Shown here piece after piece: positions 22,307-33,911 of a DNA stretch of 64,000 bases (position 1 is its first letter; every line of letters begins with the position of its first letter). The stretch lies in the NCBI GenBank assembly GCA_002269645.1, contig NIVC01001731.1:124001-188000 (forward strand). Direction: 5' to 3'. The position numbers and the translations under genes were made by a program. Under the pieces are notes generated by a model. The model worked only from the letters and a program-made list of their open reading frames with translations. It searched no databases and had not been told where the DNA came from. This stretch comes from Macrostomum lignano (Eukaryota).

Positions 22307-24161
22307 CCCAAACATGAAGAAAGTTTTAAATAGGGATAAACTATGATTTTTTCATGTATGATTGGAACTAGACTATGCCTAAAACCACGTGTAACCATGA
22401 ATTTTTATAACATACTATTAAATTTAAACATATCCAACTATTAGTATTAATACTACCAAGTCTAATTTTCTTTTAAGCTTTGTTTTATCATGTTTATTGT
22501 TTGACCATATTTTATTATGTCGCTTTGTTATATCTGCACTGATTTGTTGCAATTTTGGTTTGCTTTGGTTGTGCTATGACTTAAGTAAGGACTAATTCCA
22601 AAAACTCACAAATTGTGATTGGCAAAAGACCATATATGAATTTTTTCTTTGTGATCATGGTTTTTATGATCTTGACAATGATCATAGTCGATCCCTAGCT
22701 TTAAAGACAGAACTAACATCCTTTCCATATTAGAATTACTAGGTCTAGCAATACTCTATAACTAGTACAACTCATTCATAGTATTGGTAGGCATATGCTG
22801 CAATAAAAATTCTAGTTTTTTATTCTATATAAATTTAAATTAAAAAAATATGTCAAAAAAGTTGATTATACCTCAACTTTTATAATGTACTCTTTTAGCA
22901 ACAAGAGAATTTTACTTAACTGAATAAAGTATTAATTGTTGTTTCATTTTCATTTTTTTTATAAGTTGCAAAACATTTTTATTCAAGCTTTTGTTTATTC
23001 TTAAAGTTTCTTTTGGTATAAAATAGCTTTACCATGTATACCATAGTCCTGCCTGAACTAAAATTGAATAATTATAGATGCATACCAAAAAAATTAAATG
23101 CACATCCACACTCTAAAATCTAGGCCAGTGTTGCTACAATAAATGACCTTGACCTTTTTACCTTTTTTACATTGCATAAAGGACCCATTGATTGCTTATT
23201 TTTGTCTATACTATTTATAATGCAAAATTGATATGAATAAAAATTGTTTAAAAGATAGATAGATAGATACTGACAAACCATTTACAATATATGGATTTAT
23301 TATAAGCTTAAAAACTAGAAAGCTAAAAACTTTCAAACATTTTCCATTTAACACAAACTTGTCTATGTGATTCTATAAAGTGTATACTAGGTGTTGGGTG
23401 TGTATATACATTATTTTTTAAGTCATGTATGCCAATTTGTGCATGGCTAGGCTAACTTTTGCCATGCAAGTGTAAGCCCAATGCACACCCAAATTTTTGG
23501 GCATATACTACATGATCTGGAGTGTGACATAGGGTATGGTCAAAATTGTAATATTCTAAATTGTCATATGATGATGACGACTTGGCCAATCTATAAGACT
23601 TTACCATTTGAATATGATGAATTTGTCAAATTTCTTGGAATTGAAACTAAGTTAATATAAGGATGTTAATCAACTGATATTTAGGGACTATTGTAGGAAC
23701 TATTAGGAATAGGACTTAGGATTTAGGAAATTAGGGAATTGCATTGTTATCAGAGTGTGGTGGAGTGTAGCAGTTGTGGACAGCTGCACTCTTACAAAAA
23801 GCCACAAGCGCTCGAGGACGGCAGTGCAAAGGGCGAGTGTAGGCTGCCCTAAAAGTCTGCTTCCACTTTAGAGGGGTTGTATGCCTTTATGTGGGGCATG
23901 GTTCAACTACATTTTAAACAGAGACATTTCAGAAATCGCACGAGAGAGGGGAACCGTGAGAATCGGCCGGAATAATGCAGACAGTTTCACAGGGACTTCA
24001 TTGGGGAAATTTACTATAAATAAGCGAGGGGTTAAATGTCTAAAACTTTACCTTTCTCTCACTCTCTTTTCACTCTTTTACATGCCTTGTATTAACTTTT
24101 GGATTGCTTAAAATAGTTTGTAAATCGCGACGACTGCTTCTGCAGACACCTGTGACTAGAG

Positions 24162-24711
24162 GGTAAGACTGAGCACTGCCATGACTATAGATTTATGAAC
24201 AGTAGCGTATCGGTCTCAGACCAAGTAGATAGGCGTAACTTATATATATATATATATATATATATAATAGATTAATAGGAGTATTTGAGTAGCTTAGTTA
24301 TACTGTAGTGTCTCAGACTTATTCTCTCTGCTTGTAGCTTGCTTATTTGCTTATTGACTTATTTATACAAACATTGAAAATGCAGTAGTAAATATAATTA
24401 TATGGTTGATCGGTAAATAACATCCAAGCATATTCTACCTCGTTTGAGTTACTATTAATCATATGTAAGGTTCTAGTTAGCGGCCGGCTAGAGTCTTATA
24501 TTTGGCGACCACACCAGGTTATAGAGTTATCAAACCATTACAACACAATCTTTCTATCATTCATTCCTTGTTAAACCTTGAAATTCAGCTAGACAAGCTG
24601 TTGAAACCCGCGGATTTTGAACCCGGGGAATTCCAATCCCTGGAACTATTTTTGCATGTAGCTCGTATTCTGAAATCTGAGCCCACAGCTACTCAAACAA
24701 AAACTTGTTAA
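24162..24711 (+). mobile_element. Degenerate Gypsy-like LTR retrotransposon 5' remnant (LTR, PBS, start of gag)
   Basis: Putative LTR 24162-24500 with near-inverted ends GGTAAGAC / GTCTTATA, PBS TGGCGACCACACCAGG at 24503, then LDKLLKPADF resembling gag N-termini of the MDKLLRP(D/E)RF type. Confidence 0.45.
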
Positions 24712-24919
24712 TAGTTAGTAGGAATAGAGGTAAACAAAATGGAGTACATTCGTGTAAAATTAGGATTTCAGGCAAACATTGATATTGTTGGCTGGGTGCT
24801 TTTTACTTTAAATAGGCAATTAATGTCTGTCTGACTCTAAAACATGTATTGGCAAACTCTGGCTTCTGCCTCTGACTCTCCCTATGTCCTTTGGATCCTT
24901 TGAAACTTCTATCTTCTCT

Positions 24920-25830
24920 TCTGTTTTCTCTTTGCTTCCCCCCTCTCTCTCTGCTTCCCCCCTCTCTCTGCTTCCCCCCTCTCTCTCTCTCTCTCTCTCT
25001 GCTTCCCCCTCTCTCTTATCTCTCCTCTCCCATCTTTCTTCTCCTCTCTACTCTCTCCCCTCCATTCTCCTCTTTTCTCTCCTCTCGCCTCACTCACTTC
25101 TCTCTCCCTTTGTCTCTCCTCTCGTCTCTGTAATCTCTTCTCTCTTATCTCTCTTCTGTTCTCTCTACTCTCCCATCTCTCGTCTGTTCATTTTCGTCTC
25201 TGCTCTCAGCTCATCCCCCCTCTTTTATCTTTTATCTTTACTGTCTTAATGTTCTCTCATTCTGTCCTCTATACTCTTTTCTTTTACCTCTTTTGTCTCC
25301 TCACTTTCCTTTCTCCTTTCTTCTCTTCTCTTCTCTTCCCTCTTCTACATATATACTCTCTCCCTCTCTTGTCTCGTCTCTTCTCTCTCAACTCTCCTCC
25401 TTTATCTCTCATCTCTCATTTCTCCTCTCTCCTTACACCTCTCTCATCTGTACAACCTTATCTCTTCTCTCTTCCATTTACTCTCTCAGCTCTCCTTTCT
25501 CCTCTTTACTAACTCCTCTCTGCTCTTCTCTCTGCTCTCCTCTCATCTGCAGCCCTCTGCTCTCTCCTCTCTACTCACTCCTCTACTCTCTCCTCTCTAC
25601 TCGCTCCTCTACTCTCTCCTCTCCTCTCTACTCGCTCCTCTCTCCTCTCTACTCGCTCTTCTCTCCTCTCTACTCTCTCCTCTCTACTCGCTCCTCTCTA
25701 CTCTCTCCTCTCTACTCTCTCCTCTCATCGTCCTCACTCCCTCATCTCTCCTTTTATCTTTTATCTTTTATCTTATTCCCTCTCCTCTCTTTTCGAGTAG
25801 TCTATTCCTTCTTCTCTCCACTCTGAACTG
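24920..25830 (+). repeat. CT-rich low-complexity tract
   Basis: Polypyrimidine composition with short (CT)n and CTCTACT units. Confidence 0.85.
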
Positions 25831-26301
25831 CCCCTCAGCCATAAGCTGGATTCTTTTCTGGCCTTTGAGGTAAGTCTGCCCATTCCTGCTTGGAAAGCCA
25901 GTTTGTGGGACGTAGTACTCTCATGGCTGTTCTCATGCTTTGATCATGTCATCTTTCTTGCCAATTTGCAAGCCCTGAAAAGAATTTGTGTATCTTCTGA
26001 ATCTTCAGCTCCATTGCAGTCTGCATCAGTCTAACAAACAAGTAAATACACATTTCTTAGGAGGCCATCTAAATTTTAAGGTACCTTTAAGAGAAACCTT
26101 AAATTTCCATGGTGTGACTTGCTGCATTGCAATGCATTGCCGTTTCATAAATCTTTTGCTTTTACAAACCATGCTGGATCCAGCTAGTGGATTGCCTTGA
26201 TTTGCCAATTGCCATTGCCATCTACTGCATATAGGCTATACAGAGGGCAGTGGTTAGAATTTCTCACTAAACTGTCATGGCTAAACGTAGCCTCTCCACG
26301 C

Positions 26302-27166
26302 TAGGGATTCCAAAATCCTGACATTTTACAATCCCGGGATTGAATAGTCCCAGAATCCCAATGCTGTTGAAATCCCGGGATTCAAAATCCCGGAATCCCG
26401 GTGCTTTTGAAATCCTGGGATTCGATCCCCAAAAAAATCCTGGGATTCAAATCCTGGATTTTTGGCCCAATCCCGGGATCCCGGGATTGGAATCCCTAGG
26501 TCTCTTGAAGATTAGGTATATAGCTAAATTTTGTAAGTTTTTATTGTTGACTTTTGTTACTGTATCCTAGAAAGATGTCTCTGTGCAATCTCATGATTTT
26601 TGCACAATTTGGAATATTTTAAATACCTAAACTTCAAGATGCCCGAGGACAAGACTAAGTAACAACTAACAAGAGTAAAATCTTTGTAGGTAAGTGTCAA
26701 AATATTAAAATTTAAATTATAATACATGATGGACTGTGCGGCGTGCCGCACGCAGTAGTCATGTTCTCGCGACTCTCAGAGTCTCAGTCTTGTCTCGTGG
26801 TGGAAAACGAAAAAAAGTTTAAATTATCCATCATTTACAGTTCACATTAACAATTTTTAGCTCAATTAGGACAGGAGCTTTGCAAATGTTTAACGTTTCA
26901 TTGAGAAACAGCAAAAACAAATAAATGTTTTATTATTCAAATAAACGTTTGGACTTTAAATTATCTAATTTAGGCATTAAAAGGTTGTTCTAATCCCGGA
27001 CTAATCCCAGGATTAAGGCCTTGAAATCCCGGGATCCCGATCCCGGATGTTTGCAATCCTGGGATTAAAAATCCTGGGATTCGATCCCCAAAAAAATCCC
27101 GGGGTTCAAATCCCGGATTTTTGGCTCCAATCCCGGGATCCCGGGATCCCAGGATTGGAATCCCTA
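26302..27166. mobile_element. Non-autonomous hAT-type element, composite with an internal extra right end
   Basis: TIR TAGGGATTCCAA at 26302, and TTGGAATCCCTA ending at both 26498 and 27166. Exact 8-bp TSD CTCCACGC at 26294-26301 and 27167-27174. ATCCCGGGAT subterminal repeats. Confidence 0.85.
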
Positions 27167-27234
27167 CTCCACGCGCGGGGGTACAGAGAAGGCTATTAAA
27201 TAGTTATTCTAAAACACTGTAGATTTGCTATGTA

Positions 27235-27942
27235 CATTCAGCCCTATCGCCTGACCCTTCGTCTGGGCTGGGGAATGAGTGAGTGAGTGGCACAAACAAC
27301 AGAAAAAGCAGACAAACTTCACATGCTTACAGTTTCTTTTTCGGTTGAGTTACAGAGTTGAAACTTTACATTTAGATAGAGAATGAGTCAATGAAGAATT
27401 GTGTCAAGTTTGAAGTCAATCGCTTTACGTGGAGCAAACTTTTGGCAGCTGAAAGTTAGTCAATTTTGAAACCCAATTTACACATCTGGGCCCAGATCGG
27501 GATTGGGAAAGAGAGGCAGGTGGGCGGAGGTTGGGGTGGTTGCTATGCTGAAAAAACAGCCTAACTTTAAAAGTGCACAGCAGCTTTCAGGATTAACTTT
27601 GAGATTTGAAATTTTACACGATTGTGTCAAAATAGTTGAAGATTGATTGTGTTAAATTTGAAGAGAATCGGTAGAAGTGGAGCGGCGCTATGGATGATTT
27701 AGTGAAAAAATCGTGCATTTTGACAAAAAATCCCAACTCGAGCAAAAAATCCAACTTTTAGGTGGGAAGACTCAATTTTAGGAAATTTAAAGGTAGCCTA
27801 AGACATTCTCTGTAGTAAGTTTAGGGCGGGTGTAAAGTTTGGTGTCATTTGGTTGAGTGGTTTGGGAGTCCATAGCAAACGAAATTGTCCACAGACAGAC
27901 AGACACACAGACAGACAGAGTTTTGATTTTTATATGTAGAGA
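27235..27942 (-). mobile_element. Non-autonomous Helitron-like element
   Basis: Minus strand starts A|TCTCTACATATAAAAATC followed by (CTGT)n, internal AAATTTG...AATCG modules, and a 3' CAGCCC...GGGCTG hairpin. No clean CTRR terminus seen. Confidence 0.45.
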
Positions 27943-28146
27943 TTATTAACTTATAGGAATTAGTCCAAGGCTTTATATCTTTTAAGCAGATAGTATAAAT
28001 GTAATTTAATATTTCATATTGTTTTCAAACAAGGAAATGTTGCCGCTATGAGAGCTAAGATCTTTGCACAGACAGTGAAACATAATATGATGATTTAGTG
28101 AATCCAGCATTGTCTAAATGCAGAGACAATGATGATTTAGACAATT

Positions 28147-29010
28147 GGTATAGGACCAAGACCGCCACACACCAAGACCGCCACACTTGGGAGAGCTAAG
28201 CCTAAGGAAAAAAATTGACTTGGGCCTAATGTGTTATTAGATGGTGCTAGAAGAGAGGAGATGAATGGGTAGGAGAGCCAGCAGGACAAGGCTACGAGAA
28301 AACCAGGGTCAGGATCGTGTACCACTGTACACCAGAACGAAAATTGCTTTTGTAGCTCATGCACGCCAATGTACGCCAACGAACTTTCTATTGCCTACAA
28401 AAATATGCCAAAATAAAAGTTACAAATTACAACTAATATTAAAAGCATGAAAAATTTTAATATACAAACAACTTATGTGTTAAAACTGAAAATCTTCTTA
28501 CTAAACTGTAGAGAACTAGCTTATTTTAACTATTTTTGTTTTACTTTTACTTACTTGGAAAACTTAAACCCGGTTTTTTAAATTTAGTTTTCCATTTTTT
28601 GTAAAGGGCCCGATATATTCTTTTTGATGAAATTTAGCTATTGTAACTATGTACATAGAGACTATGCCAAATGCAAACTTAATCATTTTTGTATACTAAT
28701 TATGTAGATTGATTGTTGGGACTCGGAACTTTTGGTCCCACCTGCTGGTCTTGGCAATCTCTATACGCCAAGCTGTATGCCAAGAGGGCATGCCAGGCCC
28801 CTTTGTACACCAAGTTGTACGCCAATGTGTAATCTAGATTCTAGGTCCCTCTGTATGCCGGAAAATTTCGGCGTACATGTATACCATCCGGAGTCTGGCG
28901 AGAAAAGAACCTATAAGAGGAATAGCAATGCTAGAAGATTGGTAGCTCCCCCTCAATAAGCCAGCAATAGCTGTGGTGGTCTTGGTGTGTGGCGGTCTTA
29001 GTCATGTGCC
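28147..29010. mobile_element. Non-autonomous DNA transposon with about 38-bp TIRs, superfamily unassigned
   Basis: Left GGTATAGGACCAAGACCGCCACACACCAAGACCGCCAC versus right reverse complement GGCACATGACTAAGACCGCCACACACCAAGACCACCAC; flanks AGACAATT / AGATAATT (7 of 8 match, likely TSD). Confidence 0.7.
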
Positions 29011-29976
29011 AGATAATTTAGTTGTTTTTTTTGTAACCTGCATATGATGATCTTGAATATGACAATTATATACAAAACCTAAAATTGAATTGGCCACTTT
29101 GTATGCCAGAGTTGGACCTGAAAATTTTATATACCAAGACCAAGACCCAAATATATAACAAGACTCTCAGTGAGAGGCAAAAAGATGTTAGAATTTCCTA
29201 CTTCTAACATACAGGTAACCTTTAGGACTATGGGCTAAAATATTACTGGAACCAAGACCATTATTATTTTTTGATTCCTTTTTGTTTTTTGCTCAATAGA
29301 AATCATAGGCACTAGTATCAAAATGATCTAGACATAAGAGATTATAGGGGTCTAGCATTTTTTTTCAAGACTAAGAATGAATATAACAAAAGTTATAAAA
29401 ATTCACCATTTATAAATCCATGTCCCATGAAAAGATGTAGTGGTGACTCGTAAGTAATAAAAATATAATCAAAAAAATTACAAATATAAAGCATCCACAC
29501 TCAGACGACTAGCTAGGCCAATAAAACGTGTCAATACTATAATTGATTAATTGCCTATCCTATGTAGACTATGCTTTGTTCATCACAATCTTTAAACCCT
29601 CCGCTTAAAAATATACTAATCATATTTTTTAAATTATCCTACTTATAACTAAATGTTGTTTTTTATACTGTAAAGACGAGCCAATGTACGTTTGAAAGTA
29701 ATTTATTAAATATAATTACATGAGTGTATTTCTTACATTTTGAACATTTGAATAGTCGCCGACTAAATAACTAAAACAAACTTTGCATATTCTTTACTTA
29801 TGCTGCAAATACGCAGAATTTATCACACAAAGCATATAAATTAGCGGGCTCAGCATATTTTAACTGTCTGGCTTCATAAAATTTGATGCTAGGACTCAGT
29901 AAGTACTGAGCAAATGTTACGTTAAAAGTCGTATATTTTAGACCAACTTTCATTTATATAATTTGAACAGCATTTG

Positions 29977-31249
29977 TGTAACAAAATGAATACCGAGGAG
30001 CCTGTTTTGAATTCTCAGCCGAAAGTGCCAAATCAGAGCGGCGAACTCTTACGAACAATGATTGATTATTATATTTATTTAATTAATATTGGTCATTAAA
30101 ACAAATAAAGTTACACTATAAAGTATATATGCAAAATAACAATTACATACAGTAGAAAGTACAATAAAAGAGAAATACTATATACAGTACAGCAGACATA
30201 AAGTAAATACGAAATTGTTTACTTTTAAATTTGATACACATGTTACATTATCCTCCTCTTGGAAAGGACAATGTCCACATTGTCAATAAAAGTACAAAAG
30301 AGTAGAATATAAAAGTAAAGAAAATAACTATTAAATATACAGTACATGCTAAATTTTAAGGAAAAATATTGAACTCGCATTCCCAACTAGATATTCGCAA
30401 TGAGGTGACAGAACACATTTTAAAAAAATGGTCTACTGGACCAAAAGAGAAGCCAGTTAACCAACACAAAAACCAGAACCCAACAGGGTTAGCAGAGCCC
30501 CGGGTTCTCCCCACCACAACCAGCGCAGAGCACAGCATGAATCAAGCAAAAACACTTAAAGCGAAAGGAATTACTTGTACACTTTTTTGTGATGCACTGC
30601 CATTGGGTGACCTTTACAACAAGCAAGAAAATACAGTACAACATTGAAATAATTATTTGAAAAGTAAAGTACATCATGGCAATTGCCAAAATACAGTATA
30701 AAGTACATATGAAGAATTACAGTAGGTACAAATGATGTGCAATTACATAAAAGTCATTCAACACAGCATTGAAATGGGAAGATGCAGCTCCTGGACTGTA
30801 GAACAGCAAAATTATCTGCACCTGCGATTTGATTGGCCAAGCTGATGTCGGCTATAGCCTATAGCTGTGCGCGCTCTGCTGATTGGCTGTAACTTAACTG
30901 TAATAATACATTTGCAGTCGATCAGTAGATCCAGCGGAGTCCTTCCTGGAATTCGAGTTCTGGTGTGGTCGCCATTGTAACGAAATGAATACCGAGGAGC
31001 CTGTTTTGAATTCTCAGCCGAAAGTGCCAAATCAGAGCGGCGAACTCTTACGAACAATGATTGATTATTATATTTATTTAATTAATATTGGTCATTAAAA
31101 CAAATAAAGTTACACTATAAAAGTATATATGCAAAATAACAATTACATACAGTAGAAAGTACAATAAAAGAGAAATACTATATACAGTACAGCAGACATA
31201 AAGTAAATACGAAATTGTTTACTTTTAAATTTGATACACAGATGTTACA
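29977..31249 (-). mobile_element. Non-autonomous LTR retroelement (TRIM-like), 1273 bp
   Basis: LTRs 29977-30247 and 30976-31249 (TGTAAC...GTTACA; 1 substitution and 2 small indels). 4-bp TSD TTTG. PBS TGGCGACCACACCAG 1 nt inside the minus-strand 5' LTR, PPT AAGAGGAGGA next to the 3' LTR. 728-bp interior with no gag or pol recognised. Confidence 0.92.
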
Positions 31250-33574
31250 TTTGCAAAAGAGTTGACGTTTTTTATAAGAAAAATCTAGAATGTCTTTTTT
31301 TAAGGTAAAATGCAATATGATTTGTTATTCTGTTTATTTAACTTCTGTCTGAAGTTCAATTTGATTAAATTTCTATGAAGTGTCAATAATCTTAACCGTT
31401 AGGCGAAAAGTTATCTCTGGTTCTTCATCTATTTACTTTTTATTTTTGTTAGACCTAGGGTGATATCTGAGTTTTTAAAGAGTTGTTCTAATTCAAAAGT
31501 TAAATTTAGCTTGGTTGAATTTAACTAACAATATTATTTTTTTCGCTTCAGCACATTAAAATTGGGTGGGCCAGGAGTCCGAATTCTTTTAAAAAAGTTT
31601 TATAGTTTTACTAAAACTAAACTAAATTAAGTTTTGTAAAACGTCTTCAGTAAGTGTAATTTTTTGCAGTGTTCTGACACGTTCTGTTCTAAAACGTGTT
31701 CTGAATTGCGTAGCCTATTGAATTTCTTTATTATAGATTTTAAAGTGACGATCAAGTGAAAAAATGAATGGCATGTTTCAAAATGATATGAGACTTTGGC
31801 CAAAAGTTGTTGTTATCAACTGGGTAAAAAGTAAGTACAATCTCAAATTAGGATATAAATACTTTAGCAAAGATATAAATACATTGTATCATATGTACAT
31901 ATCCATAAGATAGCATATTTAGTTAACTTTGAGTCCTAAACATATTGTATTGCATAGTATTAGAATGAATAGTAGTTTTGCTGGCCAAATTGGTGAAAAA
32001 TTTTGCATGGCTATACTAAAAGAAAAAATATTTTTAGTATATTACTTATTAGTAATAGTATGTTTAAACAATGTAATACATTCTAATCTAAATTTAGTTT
32101 TTGATCTATGACTATGCTATGCTATAACATAAGTATAATTTTAAATGTATTAAGAGCCAAGACAAAAGTTGAATTTTATCACATTTGCAAGATTTTCTTT
32201 ATTGATAATTGAACTTTGATTGAATTTAATTGAGATTTAAAAGTATACACCTAATTATACATCTAGTAAATATATTTACACAATTCTATCTATCAAGTTA
32301 ATAATGCAAATTATTTTTTTTTAAATTTATCAAATGATTTTCTAATAATAAAACTAAACATACTATAATAATCAAAAATAGTTATATAGTTATAGATCTT
32401 GATTTTTTTCTTGAGATTTCAAAACAAAGATCAATATTAAAAAAGTTTTGTAATCTTGATAATTGAAATTAAGATTAACATCTTGTCTGTCTATTTGACC
32501 CATAGTCCAAATCATGACAAATGTATGCCAAAGTAATGAAAATTGTTGTTATTTTATTCTATGCTAATATAAATAAAAATTTTCTAACTATAAAGTTGTT
32601 TATACTTTAAGAAGGTGTCTAGTATATATCAGAGTTTTTTGGGCAAAATTTTTGGTATATACCAAGTATACCAAAAGATTGAAAATATGACTGTCATGTA
32701 TGCCAAAATTTCAAAATTATGAAACTTTACTTTTGCACTGCAATAATAAACAACTTTTTTACATTGAAACAATCAAGGACCTTTATTCCTATGTTATGTC
32801 TGATGTTTATATGTACATTATAACAAAATAAGCATTGTATCTATTACTACTTAAAATAGTTTGCAGTTATATAATGTTTTGGTACCTAAATTCTTTAAGA
32901 TAGCACTATTGAATTCAAATATTTTTGTTCACACTTCTGTCACTTTGTAATGACTATCTTTTTCTTTAAAATGTTCTACCTTTTGTTACAAAAACTGGAA
33001 GATACTTTTTTAAAAATAGCTTATATGCCAAATACAACTTTTTAAGATTCAAGCATGCCAAATAATATATACCAATGAACTAGGAAAGGCTAATGTATGC
33101 CTGAAAATTCTAGCATATGGGATTCCTTCCTGAATATGAACTACATGTTAACTTTTTTAAAGAATATATTTTTTTAGAAATAAGAACTTTATTTAAATTT
33201 AAAGTGTTTCTTATTTGCTAGAAACTATTATTCTTTGTTTCACTTTTGTTTCCCTAATAACATTTATTGTTATTTTCAATTTTAAAATTTATTTTTTAAC
33301 GAGCTTTCTTATTCAACTATACTATATATATAAAGCCTGAACTATGCTATTTTTGTACACTAACTATGTATGTCAAGACATGAAGATAAGCTAGGGCAAA
33401 AATATGCCAGAATTGTCTTGCATTAGAGCCACCTAGACTATGGTATCTTCTAACCCATAACTTTTAGATGAACACTTATAAACAGCTTATTTGTTTACAT
33501 TTATTTGATATTCTAGTAAACTAATCTATGAGTAACTTAGTGATTATGTTACTTCACTTACTTTCTTTTTGTAG

Positions 33575-33737
33575 ACTTGGATCCTAGCTTTGCAGAGTAT
33601 ATGCACGTATTTATTGAGCATGGCATTACTGGTGATCAACTATTAAATATGACCACGATGACCTGGTGCAACTTGGCATTGACAAGGTTGGGCCTCAGGC
33701 CATCTTACTAGAGGCTGTGGACTCTGTTAAACGACTG
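33575..33737 (+). CDS. CNKSR: Connector enhancer of KSR (CNK/CNKSR) SAM-domain exon with a 1-bp frameshift
   Basis: tttttgtag|..LDPSFAEYMHVFIEHGITGDQLLNMT[H]DDLVQLGIDKVGPQAILLEAVDSVKRL|gtaatg matches recalled CNKSR2 [54 protein letters not shown], with phase-1 start and phase-0 end. The exon is 163 nt where 164 is needed (ACCACGAT for ACC CAC GAT). Confidence 0.72.
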
Positions 33738-33746
33738 GTAATGAAC

Positions 33747-33911
33747 NNNNNNNNNNNNNNNNNNNNNNNNNNNNNNNNNNNNNNNNNNNNNNNNNNNNNN
33801 NNNNNNNNNNNNNNNNNNNNNNNNNNNNNNNNNNNNNNNNNNNNNNNNNNNNNNNNNNNNNNNNNNNNNNNNNNNNNNNNNNNNNNNNNNNNNNNNNNNN
33901 NNNNNNNNNNN
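33747..33911. other. Assembly gap (165 N)
   Basis: Run of N. Confidence 1.

Noticed and set aside
30369-30647. 92-aa ORF inside the TRIM-like element
   Set aside because: Antisense to the element orientation set by PBS and PPT; no gag or pol similarity recognised.
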